Shown here: in pieces, positions 42,924-51,902 of the stretch
Position numbering within the stretch: the stretch's first letter is position 1
Layout: the number at the start of each line of letters is the position of its first letter
Source: an uncultured Bacilli bacterium
GTDB lineage: Bacteria > Bacillota_I > Bacilli_A > RF39 > UBA660
DNA: 64,000 nucleotides
Assembly: GCA_934162445.1 (NCBI GenBank)
Contig: CAKPIT010000002.1
Location: 77,379-141,378, forward strand
Direction: 5' to 3'
Made by a program: the position numbers and the translations under genes
Notes under the pieces: model-generated
Databases searched by the model: none
Told to the model about the DNA's origin: nothing
The model's input: only the letters and a program-made list of their open reading frames with translations

Positions 42924-43312
42924 AAAATAAATCAGAAAAAATATTAATCCTAGAAACTTGAAGTATTTCGTGCTTCTATTATTTTTATTCTTTTTTCAAG
43001 TGGAGAAGGGCATCTCAATACTTGCATAGGATATTGTTAGAACGTTTTAAATAAGTTTTCATTTGATGCTTTAAATCTTTGTAAGAATAGAATTTTAAAT
43101 AATTATAAAATCTATTAATGATTCTTTTGTTCCATTAAATTTTTTATTCCATCTCATTAATGATGATTTAGATATTCTATATAATTTGTAGTATAATACT
43201 TTGTGTTTATTTCATGCGGTATATAACGTTGATTTTGTGATATACTTGTCATAAGCAATAAGTCCTTTCTATATTTTAATATTTTATCGGATTTTTTGCT
43301 TTTTTTTATATG

Positions 43313-43334
43313 TGTGGTGTCACATCAATTGTAA
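43313..43334. repeat. Right copy of the inverted repeat
   Basis: GTGGTGTCACATCAATTGTAAC. About 390 bp separate the two copies, with no ORF of 60 aa or more between them. Confidence 0.5.
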
Positions 43335-43413
43335 CGCTATATTATTCAAAATACAAAATAGGAAACTTAGTTTTCTTTTTTTATTACTTGTGTTATACTA
43401 ATATTATTAATTT

Positions 43414-43489
43414 GCCGACTTAGCTCAGTTGGTAGAGCAACTCATTCGTAATGAGTAGGTCGAAGGTTCAAGTCCTTTAGTCGGCACCA
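43414..43489 (+). tRNA. tRNA-Thr (anticodon CGU)
   Basis: Cloverleaf: acceptor GCCGACT/AGTCGGC, D-arm GCTC-AGTTGGTA-GAGC, anticodon stem ACTCA/TGAGT with loop TTCGTAA (anticodon CGT), T-arm GAAGG-TTCAAGT-CCTTT, and an encoded 3' ACCA. Confidence 0.85.
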
Positions 43490-43569
43490 TATGTTATTAG
43501 ATGGATCAATATTTATTGATCTTTTTTGGTGTTTTAATATTTATATGTTAAAATAATAGTGGAGGTATT

Positions 43570-44772
43570 ATGGAAAAAGAAAGAATGAGAGTTAGTATTT
43601 TACCTAATCAGTTCTTAGGAAGTGATGGGGTTTTTGATAAAGAGGGGGCTATTAAACTTTCTGCTAAAATAGCAGGGGTTTGTTATGATAAATTAGGATT
43701 TAATAATCTTGTTAACGAACCATTGGAAAAGACTAAAAGACGGGCTGATTTAACGCTTTCAATGGGACATTATAGTGTTTATGATCATATTTTTATAAGT
43801 TTTAATTTAGAAAATATTCCTAAGATGTTAGCAATGGTTTTAAACAATGAGAAACAGTATACGACTAGTGAGAAATCGGCTCGGTATACAAAAATTGTTA
43901 AAAATGAAGGATCTAATATTACTTCTTTGGAGGAGGAACTTTATAATAAGTGGTTAGATATTTTTAAGTTTAAAATTAAAGATACTTATGGTGATGTTTT
44001 AAATGATTCTAAAATTGTTAAGTTGGCTCAAGAGAATGCAAGATATTTGGTAACGGTGTTTATGCCAACTGAGATGATTTATACTACATCGTTAAGACAA
44101 GTTAATAATTTAGCAGCTTTTATGAAAGAATATATGGCTAATATTGATACAAATAGTAGTTTTGATAGGAAGCTTGCTGAATCTATGGGTGAATTGATAA
44201 CTTGTTTTGATAAACTTAATGTTCTTGATGAAAGACTTATGAAAAATGAAAAAAATAGATGTTTATCTATTTTTGGTCATGATTTAGCTAATAAGCAAGA
44301 ATATTTTGGTGATATTTATTCTACTATATATATGGGATCTTTTGCTTCTTATGCTCAAGCTCAAAGACATAGAACCCTTTCTTATCAATTTGAAATGCTT
44401 GATGATAAAAAGTATTTTGTGCCACCTATTTTAGATGATGATGAAAAGTTAGTGAATGAATGGAATTGTGATATTAGAAGTGTTCATGAGGTTATACCAC
44501 AAGGGGAGATGCTTTTAATAAGTGAAGTAGGAAAGTATGATGACTTTATCTTAAAAAGTAAAGAAAGATTATGTACTTCGGCACAACTTGAAATAATGTT
44601 ACAGACTAGGAATACATTATTAAAATATAAGGAAGCATTAGAAAATACTAATAATCCACTTGCTGAAGATATTTTAAAATATTCACATGGGGCAAGATGT
44701 ACATTTCCGGATTTTAAATGTCCTAATGATTGTAATTTTAAAGAAGGGAAGACTTTAGTAAGAAAAATTTAA
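43570..44772 (+). CDS. Divergent ThyX-fold (FAD-dependent thymidylate synthase family) protein, ~400 aa, lacking the RHR motif at its canonical position
   Basis: N-terminus aligns with ThyX (AKIAGVCYDK vs ARVSF/ACYQS; MGHYSVYDHIFISF vs GHFSVLEHASVSF). At the ThyX motif RHRx7S..RY this protein has NEKQYTTSEKSARY, so Ser and RY are kept but RHR is lost. An RHR occurs about 150 aa later (SYAQAQRHRTLSY). The protein is about 150 aa longer than typical ThyX. Confidence 0.45.
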   Translation: MEKERMRVSILPNQFLGSDGVFDKEGAIKLSAKIAGVCYDKLGFNNLVNEPLEKTKRRADLTLSMGHYSVYDHIFISFNLENIPKMLAMVLNNEKQYTTSEKSARYTKIVKNEGSNITSLEEELYNKWLDIFKFKIKDTYGDVLNDSKIVKLAQENARYLVTVFMPTEMIYTTSLRQVNNLAAFMKEYMANIDTNSSFDRKLAESMGELITCFDKLNVLDERLMKNEKNRCLSIFGHDLANKQEYFGDIYSTIYMGSFASYAQAQRHRTLSYQFEMLDDKKYFVPPILDDDEKLVNEWNCDIRSVHEVIPQGEMLLISEVGKYDDFILKSKERLCTSAQLEIMLQTRNTLLKYKEALENTNNPLAEDILKYSHGARCTFPDFKCPNDCNFKEGKTLVRKI

Positions 44773-44872
44773 AATATTTTGACAATCTTTATTGTTAGTA
44801 ATTCTTAGTTGAAAAAGAATTTATAAAATGTTATGATAGTAATAGAGAATAAAGGTGGTGTTTTTTGGAATG

Positions 44873-45307
44873 GATAGTTTTGTTAAGTTTTTTAGGGATA
44901 CACTTAATGGCCCTTTATATATAGTAGTAGTAGTTATTTGTGTTATTTTGATTTTTGCTTGTATTGGTTATTTGGCTGAAAAGAGCATTAATGCTAAAAA
45001 GGAAAAGGAAAAGTATGCCGATGTTAAAAATGATGATGTTGTTAATGTTAAACCACTAGAAGAGGTTAATAATGTTACGTCTTCTGTTTTTGAAGAGGGG
45101 AGTGCACCTAGTAGTGGTGTGAGTCAAGAAGTGGGGCAACAGGAAGTCGTTCAAGAGGTGGTTCCTACTACTCCTTTAAATGATAATACAAATAATGGTA
45201 CAACTATGGGTCCTCAAGTAGTAACTTCTACTAACGTAGTTTCTGTTCCTGAGGTTTTAGTAACACCAACTGATGAAGTGGTTATACCCACTGTAGAGAA
45301 TAAGTAG
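44873..45307 (+). CDS. Membrane-anchored protein with a Ser/Thr/Val/Pro-rich disordered tail
   Basis: One TM helix followed by low-complexity sequence. Directly upstream of cdaA. Confidence 0.35.
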   Translation, partial: DSFVKFFRDTLNGPLYIVVVVICVILIFACIGYLAEKSINAKKEKEKYADVKNDDVVNVKPLEEVNNVTSSVFEEGSAPSSGVSQEVGQQEVVQEVVPTTPLNDNTNNGTTMGPQVVTSTNVVSVPEVLVTPTDEVVIPTVENK

Positions 45308-45324
45308 AGAAAAGGAGAGATTTT

Positions 45325-46158
45325 ATGGTTATTACAGTTACTAGTGTTCTTACAATTGTTAAAAAGATTATTGATATATCAATTGTATGGTTAATGTTTT
45401 ATGTGATATTAAAAAATATTAGAAATAGTGTTAAACTTACCCTTTTATTTAAGGGACTTGTGGTTATAATTTTATTAAAAATAGTGAGTGATGTTTGTGG
45501 TTTTACAACTGTTGGTTTATTGCTTGAATATGTAATTATGTATGGACCACTGGCAATTATTGTTATTTTTCAACCGGAAATTAGAAATATTTTGGAGCAG
45601 CTTGGAAGAAATCAATTATTAGGTAGACATAAAGTTCTTACGGTTGATGAAAGAGAAAGACTTGTTTATGAAATTGTTCAAGCAATGGATTATATGCGTA
45701 AACAAAAAATCGGAGCTTTGATTGTTCTAGAACGTGATATTAGTCTTGGTAATTATATTGAGAAAGCTAAGAAAATATATGCTGATATTTCAAGTGATTT
45801 ATTGATTGCTATTTTCTATGAGGGTAATCCATTACATGATGGTGGAGTTATTATTCAAGGGGATAGAATTACTTGTGCTGGTGCTGTATTCCCAACTAGT
45901 AGTAGTTCTAAAATTAATAAAAGATTAGGAACAAGACACAGAGCAGCACTAGGTATTTCTGAAGAGACTGATGCAATATCACTTGTGGTATCTGAAGAAA
46001 CTGGTAGACTTTCTGTAGCTATTAAGGGTGAATTATTCTATAATCTATCACTTGATGATGTTAGAATGATGTTGATTGATGAGTTAAAACCTAAAATGGC
46101 TAGTGAATATGAAGAAGATGAATTAGAAGAGGAAGAGATATATGAAGAAGATAATTAG
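45325..46158 (+). CDS. cdaA: Diadenylate cyclase CdaA (DacA)
   Basis: Three N-terminal TM helices and a DAC domain with DGA and RHRAA motifs (PLHDGGVII, GTRHRAALG). Confidence 0.9.
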   Translation: MVITVTSVLTIVKKIIDISIVWLMFYVILKNIRNSVKLTLLFKGLVVIILLKIVSDVCGFTTVGLLLEYVIMYGPLAIIVIFQPEIRNILEQLGRNQLLGRHKVLTVDERERLVYEIVQAMDYMRKQKIGALIVLERDISLGNYIEKAKKIYADISSDLLIAIFYEGNPLHDGGVIIQGDRITCAGAVFPTSSSSKINKRLGTRHRAALGISEETDAISLVVSEETGRLSVAIKGELFYNLSLDDVRMMLIDELKPKMASEYEEDELEEEEIYEEDN

Positions 46159-47503
46159 AGGAATAGGAAAATTTTTTCATCATATTGGGGCTTTTTTTGA
46201 TAAATGGTTGATAAGTCCTATTACAAAACTTATCTTAAAAATTACGGATTTTTCTAAAAGTAATGGTAAGGGAATTGAAAGATTCCTTGGGAAGAAACAA
46301 ACGCTAATTGTTGTAAGTTTATTGTTAGCTCTTGCAGTTTTCTTTATTATTGATAGTGAAGGTAATACTACGATAGATCAATATGCTGAAGTTTTATATA
46401 ATCAACCAGTTACAGCTACTTATAATGAAGAAGCTTATGTGGTTGAAGGTCTTCCTAAGTCTGTTGATATTACTTTGGTAGGGCAAAAACGTCATATCTT
46501 TTTGGCTAAGCAGTATCCAAATGGTGGAGTTACAGTTGACTTAACGGGACTTAAACCGGGACAACATAAGGTTACACTTAAATATAGTCAACAGTTACGG
46601 TCAATAGATTATAGACTTGATCCATCAACGGTTACAGTTACTATTTATGATAAAGTTAGTACTACTAAGACTTTAACATATGATGTTTTACATCAAGATG
46701 ATTTAGATAAGAAATTAAATGTAGAGAGTGTAGAACTTGATCGTTCTGAAGTTATTGTTAAGGGTGCTCAATATAAGCTTGATAAGGTAGCAACAGTTAG
46801 AGCACTTGTAGATGTTTTAGACTTTGCTAAACAAGAAGCAGGTACACTTACACTTGAGAATGTACCACTGGTAGCTTATGATACTAATGGTAAGGTTGTT
46901 AATGTTGAGATTGTTCCTAAATCAGTAACAGCTAAAGTTGTGATTGCATCACCTAGTAAAGAAGTGCCAATTAAGATTGTACCTAAGGGTGATTTAGCAT
47001 TTGGTAAGGCCATTAAGTCAATGAGTACTAGTACTTCTAATGTAACTATTTATGGTAATAAAGATGCTCTTAGCAATATTGAAGAATTGAAAGCAGAGAT
47101 TGATGTTACTGGTCTTAATGAAGATAAAGAATATACTGTTACTTTAAAACGACCTAATGGAGTTACAGAAATTAGTAAGAAAACTATTACGGTTAAAGTT
47201 AGTCTTGATGAGTCTACTACTAAGGAATTTGATAATATTTCTATAGCGACTGAAAATCTTGATACTTCAAAATATAAAGTTCAAGCGTTAAGTGAAGCAG
47301 ATAGTAAGGTTACTGTTGTTGTAACTGGAAGTAAATCAATTATTGATAATATTGATCCATCAATAATTAAAGCTTATGTTAATCTTGATTCACTTGGTGT
47401 TGGAGAACATGAAGTAGAGGTTAAAGTTAAGGGGGATGATTTGAAACTTAGCTATGCTTCAAAAACTAAAAAGGTTAAAGTTAGAATAACGGCTAATAAT
47501 TAG
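46142..47503 (+). CDS. cdaR: CdaA regulator CdaR (YbbR-domain protein)
   Basis: N-terminal TM helix followed by repeated YbbR-like beta domains. Translationally coupled to cdaA. Confidence 0.8.
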   Translation: MKKIIRGIGKFFHHIGAFFDKWLISPITKLILKITDFSKSNGKGIERFLGKKQTLIVVSLLLALAVFFIIDSEGNTTIDQYAEVLYNQPVTATYNEEAYVVEGLPKSVDITLVGQKRHIFLAKQYPNGGVTVDLTGLKPGQHKVTLKYSQQLRSIDYRLDPSTVTVTIYDKVSTTKTLTYDVLHQDDLDKKLNVESVELDRSEVIVKGAQYKLDKVATVRALVDVLDFAKQEAGTLTLENVPLVAYDTNGKVVNVEIVPKSVTAKVVIASPSKEVPIKIVPKGDLAFGKAIKSMSTSTSNVTIYGNKDALSNIEELKAEIDVTGLNEDKEYTVTLKRPNGVTEISKKTITVKVSLDESTTKEFDNISIATENLDTSKYKVQALSEADSKVTVVVTGSKSIIDNIDPSIIKAYVNLDSLGVGEHEVEVKVKGDDLKLSYASKTKKVKVRITANN

Positions 47504-47514
47504 ATAAATATAAA

Positions 47515-47550
47515 TAATGTAGATATTTAGGTATCTACATTTTTTTATAA
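47515..47550 (+). terminator. Terminator after cdaR (coordinates approximate)
   Basis: GTAGATA-tttag-GTATCTAC hairpin followed by T7. Confidence 0.4.
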
Positions 47551-47573
47551 AAAAATCACCTTTAAAAGATGAT

Positions 47574-47768
47574 TTATCGGTCTTCAAATAACATACTTAT
47601 ATCTATTAGACCTGCTATACCAATAATAATGTAAATTATTTTGGACATTACGGCATCAGCACCACCAAAGATTGAGGCAACTAGATCTAATTCAAATAAT
47701 CCTACAAATGCCCAGTTTATGGCACCAATTATAATTAGTACTAAACATACTTTTTTTAATGTATCCAT
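47574..47768 (-). CDS. DUF378-family small membrane protein
   Basis: 64 aa with two TM helices. INWAFVGLF motif typical of DUF378. Confidence 0.55.
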   Translation of the reverse strand: MDTLKKVCLVLIIIGAINWAFVGLFELDLVASIFGGADAVMSKIIYIIIGIAGLIDISMLFEDR

Positions 47769-47887
47769 ATTTTCCTCCTTTATTTATACATTTATATAAT
47801 GAACATATTTCTTATATTTATTCATGAATATTAGAAAGTGATTATTAATATAATAAATTAGAAATGAAAAAGAGGTGTTTTCTATTT

Positions 47888-48193
47888 ATGAAAAAATTTG
47901 GTTTGTTAGGTTTTTTTCTAGTTTGTTTATTGATTACTGGTTGTGGAAAAGATAGTGAAAGTACAATTTTAAAAAAGTTAGATAAGAAAATTAATAATAA
48001 TAATTCTTATTTAATGACTGGAACACTCGAGGTTTTAAATAATGATGATATATATAATTACGAAGTGGAAACTGCATATAAAAAGGATAATTATTATAAA
48101 GTAACGCTTAAAAATACAGCGAATGATCATGAACAAATAATTTTAAAAAATGATGATGGTGTTTATGTATTAACACACAAGGGTTTAAAATAA
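47888..48193 (+). pseudogene. 5' fragment of an interrupted lipoprotein gene (signal peptide plus N-terminal domain)
   Basis: Lipoprotein signal MKKFGLLGFFLVCLLITGC with an AAGAGG RBS. The ORF ends 5 codons after the peptide VYVLT. The C-terminal fragment at 51112 restarts with LLVYVLT. Confidence 0.55.
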
Positions 48194-48291
48194 AAAAATT
48201 TAAATAGATATAATAAAAAACAGGTAGTATTGTTAATATACTACTGCTTTTTATATTTTTAGAATATTTTGTTATGCTATATTCAAAAGCA

Positions 48292-48477
48292 CTATTTACC
48301 ACCTATTTTTTTAACTTCTGCTGAAGCATTTTTTCCGTGCCATCCCATTTTTTGAGTGTTTGGGTCATACCATGTGTGTTCGCCATCCCAAGTTTTAGAA
48401 TTTTGTTGAGCTGTACCACTACTTAAATTGTGTTTTTGCCAACTATAACCATATTCATCTTTTGTTTTGTTTGACAT
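48292..48477 (-). CDS. Small Trp/Gly/Lys-rich hypothetical protein (61 aa), element cargo
   Basis: ORF with an upstream RBS-like AAGGAGA, divergent from the 48617 gene. No family recognised. Confidence 0.3.
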   Translation of the reverse strand: MSNKTKDEYGYSWQKHNLSSGTAQQNSKTWDGEHTWYDPNTQKMGWHGKNASAEVKKIGGK

Positions 48478-48566
48478 ATATATTCTCCTTTCTTATTTTG
48501 GTTATTCTAATGACGAATTGCTTCTTTGTCAACTTTTTTCTACATATTACTATATAAAATAGTCCG

Positions 48567-48594
48567 TTGACATATTAATGATTTGCTTTATAAT
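48567..48594 (+). promoter_or_regulatory. Consensus sigma-A promoter driving the 48617 cargo gene
   Basis: TTGACA (48567-72), a 16 nt spacer, TATAAT (48589-94), then RBS AGAGAGGTG and the ATG at 48617. Confidence 0.6.
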
Positions 48595-48616
48595 ATTCAT
48601 AAGAGAGGTGAATAGT

Positions 48617-49264
48617 ATGCAAATTGTGTATAATCCTAATGATATAGATAAATTGTTATTTACGGAGTTAGTAATTGCTAAAAATCAAAATGCTTCTGAT
48701 AAAAATATATTTGAAGATGAGATATATCGAAGATTTAGATTTTGTGGATTTGATGATAGATTTACAAAAGAAATGATTGAATATGAAGAAACTATTTTAG
48801 AGGTAACAAAAAAAGAGTATGATAAATATTTTTATCAGATAAAATATTGGACTAGTCTTGGTGATAATGAAAAATTATTTAAAGATAATATTGAGTCATA
48901 TGCTTTGTATATAGATGGTGAAATGTCTGATAAGGCTTTTACTACTAGTGAACTTATAAGTATATATGATGAAGGTGATTTTATTATTAGATATGGTAGT
49001 GATATTTATAGTAGTCATTTAGAAGAAATTGATATGGTTACTTCTAATAGTAAATATAATTTATTAGATGAGTTTAGAAATAGAATTGGTTATATTCTTT
49101 TTAGGGAATTTAAACAAGAATATGATTCTAATATTGATATTTGTGCTGCTAGGCTTTATAAAAATGAGGCTCATATATTGTTCATAAATAAGTATAAATA
49201 TGCTGATAATGATGATAGAAAGTGGAAGCCATATACGAGGGAATTTTTTAATTATTATGATTAA
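48617..49264 (+). CDS. Hypothetical acidic, aromatic-rich cytoplasmic protein (215 aa), element cargo
   Basis: Clean ORF with a strong promoter and RBS. No TM helices and no recognisable catalytic motifs. Confidence 0.4.
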   Translation: MQIVYNPNDIDKLLFTELVIAKNQNASDKNIFEDEIYRRFRFCGFDDRFTKEMIEYEETILEVTKKEYDKYFYQIKYWTSLGDNEKLFKDNIESYALYIDGEMSDKAFTTSELISIYDEGDFIIRYGSDIYSSHLEEIDMVTSNSKYNLLDEFRNRIGYILFREFKQEYDSNIDICAARLYKNEAHILFINKYKYADNDDRKWKPYTREFFNYYD

Positions 49265-49377
49265 ATGTTTGTAGATTACATTTTTATGTGTCTACTTTTT
49301 TATTGTTTTAATAATATGACAAAAATAGTAAGTAATAATTAAGTATTTAGTTCATATGTTTTAATGGGTGACTTTTT

Positions 49378-49482
49378 ATGAGAGTGACATGTTATTTTGA
49401 TGAGAATGGTAAATCATTTCAAGAAATTATAGAGCAATTTCTAGTTCTTTATTATAATGAAACTTTAATAGAAAATGGTTAA
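49378..49482 (+). CDS. 34-aa ORF immediately upstream of the recombinase (possible directionality factor/leader)
   Basis: ATG..TAA open frame ending 18 nt before the recombinase start. Speculative. Confidence 0.2.
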   Translation: MRVTCYFDENGKSFQEIIEQFLVLYYNETLIENG

Positions 49483-49500
49483 AAAATTTAGGAGGTAATT

Positions 49501-51090
49501 ATGGTAAGTAGTGAAATGTATAAAGTAGGTATTTATTTAAGATTATCTCATGAAGATAAATTAAAAGGTGAGAGTGGAAGTATTTCTAATCAAAGAGACA
49601 TCATTCATAAATATATAAAAGAAAATAATTTATTATATGTAAGTGAATATGTTGATGATGGTGTCAGTGGGACGCAATTTGATAGGGTTGGATGGAATAA
49701 ATTAATTGAGGATATTGAATCCGGATGTATTAATATGGTAATTACTAAGGACTTATCAAGATTTGGAAGGAATGAGGGACAACAGTTAAGGTATTTAGAT
49801 TATTTCTACGAAAAAGGAATAAGATATGTGGCGTTACTTGATAATGTTGATACATTTGATGAATATAATACATCTAATGAAATGATTCCAATACAGTGTT
49901 TTTTTAATGAGAAGCATGTAAGAGATACTTCTAAAAAGATGAAGGCGAGTGTATATAATAAAAGAAGTCAAGGTAATTTTTTGGGTAAGACTGCTCCTTA
50001 TGGTTATAAGAAAGATCCTAATAATAAATATAAGTTGATTGTTGATGAGGTGGCTTCAAAAGTGGTTAAAAGAATATTTGATTTATTTGTTAAGGGAAAA
50101 GGAATTTGTGAAATATCTAGAATTTTAACATATGAGAAAGTACCTATTCCTACTGAGTATAAGGGCCTTAAATCTGGTCATATGTCAATAGGGTATGGTA
50201 TTTGGAATAATAGAACTATTAGTGATATGTTGACTCTTCCTACTTATGTTGGTGATTTAACGCAAGGGAGGTCAAAAAAACCTAGTTATAAATCAAAGAA
50301 AAGAGTAAGGGTTAAACCTGAAGATTGGATAATATGTGAAAATAAATGTCCAGCTATAATTGATAGAGATACATTTAATCTGGTTCAAGACATATATAAT
50401 AGGAATAAAAACCAAGGTAAACATACACAAGATATATTACTTAAGGGTTTTGTGTATTGTAAAGAATGTGGTCATACAATAGGTTTTAGACTTCAAAAAG
50501 TTAATACTAAAAAGAAAGGTGAAGTTACTAGATGTTATGGTAATTGTAATTACTGGGCTAAACATAAAAAATATGATTTATGTACTCCTCACAATATTAA
50601 GTACTATGAATTAGAAGATTTAGTATTGAGTGAGATAAAGAAAATGTGTAAAAATTATTTGAAAATTAGGGATTTAGAGAATGTATTAGCGAATAGTGAC
50701 AAAACTAAAAGAATAGTAAATGAGTTAGAAATAAATTTAAAAAAATTAGTAGCAGAAGTTGAATTTAGTAATAAGAAAAAAGAAGACTTATATAGTGATA
50801 AATTAGATGGCATTATTGATTTAGAAATGTATAAAAGAATGACTAATAGAATAGCTGAAGAAACAATCACTAAACAAAACGAGATAGCAGAAATAAAAAC
50901 TAGAATATATAATATAAATAATAATATTACTAATAATAATAAAAAATATGAAAGTGTTATAAAAGAATATTTATCTATGAAAAAACCTAGTGTACAATTA
51001 TTATCTAGTATCATAGATAAAATAGTTATAGATGAAAATAAAAATGTAGAGATATATTATAAATTTAAGCCATTTGAAAATGGTTATTAA
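49501..51090 (+). CDS. Large serine recombinase (resolvase/invertase N-terminal domain, recombinase domain, zinc ribbon)
   Basis: The N-terminal resolvase domain has a catalytic Ser context (GIYLRLSHED, SISNQRD, DLSRFGRN). The middle region is a recombinase domain. C-terminal zinc ribbon (CKECGH...CYGNC) and coiled-coil. 529 aa. Confidence 0.85.
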   Translation: MVSSEMYKVGIYLRLSHEDKLKGESGSISNQRDIIHKYIKENNLLYVSEYVDDGVSGTQFDRVGWNKLIEDIESGCINMVITKDLSRFGRNEGQQLRYLDYFYEKGIRYVALLDNVDTFDEYNTSNEMIPIQCFFNEKHVRDTSKKMKASVYNKRSQGNFLGKTAPYGYKKDPNNKYKLIVDEVASKVVKRIFDLFVKGKGICEISRILTYEKVPIPTEYKGLKSGHMSIGYGIWNNRTISDMLTLPTYVGDLTQGRSKKPSYKSKKRVRVKPEDWIICENKCPAIIDRDTFNLVQDIYNRNKNQGKHTQDILLKGFVYCKECGHTIGFRLQKVNTKKKGEVTRCYGNCNYWAKHKKYDLCTPHNIKYYELEDLVLSEIKKMCKNYLKIRDLENVLANSDKTKRIVNELEINLKKLVAEVEFSNKKKEDLYSDKLDGIIDLEMYKRMTNRIAEETITKQNEIAEIKTRIYNINNNITNNNKKYESVIKEYLSMKKPSVQLLSSIIDKIVIDENKNVEIYYKFKPFENGY

Positions 51091-51111
51091 AAATAGAAAA
51101 AAATTAAACCT

Positions 51112-51846
51112 TTGTTAGTATATGTTCTCACTCCTAGTTTAAATAAAAGTTTTAAATTTCAAAGTGATTGGCCGTATAATAATTCACAGATCTATTTATT
51201 GGAATCATTGATTAATGATATTAAAAATGATAATAAAAGTGAATTTAAAACGAAAAGTGATGGCTATATTTTTACTAGTAAAGTAAATTATCCTAATAAT
51301 CGTAATTTGGTAAGACAAAAGGTTAGTCTTGATAAGAAGGTTAATTTAAAGAAAGTAATAGTTTTGGATAGTGATAGTGTTCCTAATATGACTTTAAATA
51401 TTAAAAAGATTGATTATAATCCACATTTTAGTAAAAATTATTTTAATCTTGATGATATTATGGGTAGTAGTTCTAGTAAAGATACTAAGACGGAGAAAAC
51501 AGGAATTATTAATGATGTTATTTATCCTTTGGTTCTTCCTGAGGGGACTAAGTTAACTAATGAAGAAACAGTAAAAAAAGATGATGGTAATCGGGTTATT
51601 CTTACTTTTTCTGGGGAAAAGCCATTTACTTTAGTGGAAGAAGTAGATATGGTTAATGATCAGTTTACGGTAATACCAACGATGGGGGAACCGTTTATGA
51701 TAATGGATAGTCTTGGGGTATTGGGTGATAATTCAGTTAACTTTAGTTCAAATGGTATTAGTTATTACTTGGTTAGTGATGTTATGAATCAAAGTGAACT
51801 TTTGGAAATTGCTAATTCGATAAATGTTTTACCAACAATGAAATAA
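51112..51846 (+). pseudogene. 3' fragment of the interrupted lipoprotein gene (LolA-like/DUF4367-like?)
   Basis: No signal peptide. Frame opens 3 codons after the in-frame TAG at 51094. Begins LLVYVLTPSLNK. The combined N- and C-fragment length is about 340 aa. Confidence 0.5.
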
Positions 51847-51902
51847 GCACGAAAGTGTTTATTTTTTTTAGTTTTTATGGTACTATTTAAGTGGTGATAT
51901 AT

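Larger units (their letters stand above)
48168..51120. mobile_element. ~2.95 kb intervening element carrying a large serine recombinase, inserted in the lipoprotein gene
   Basis: The left end TATTAACACACAAGGGTTTAA (48168-48188) is an imperfect inverted repeat of the right end TTAAACCTTTGTTAGTA (51104-51120). The recombinase stop lies 14 nt from the right end. The host gene reading frame resumes immediately outside the element. Confidence 0.55.

Noticed and set aside
42722-43413. Intact prophage or genomic island integrated at the tmRNA.
   Set aside because: No integrase or phage genes are adjacent to ssrA. cdaA-cdaR and other core genes follow directly. Only a short repeat-bounded non-coding segment remains, which is reported as a finding.
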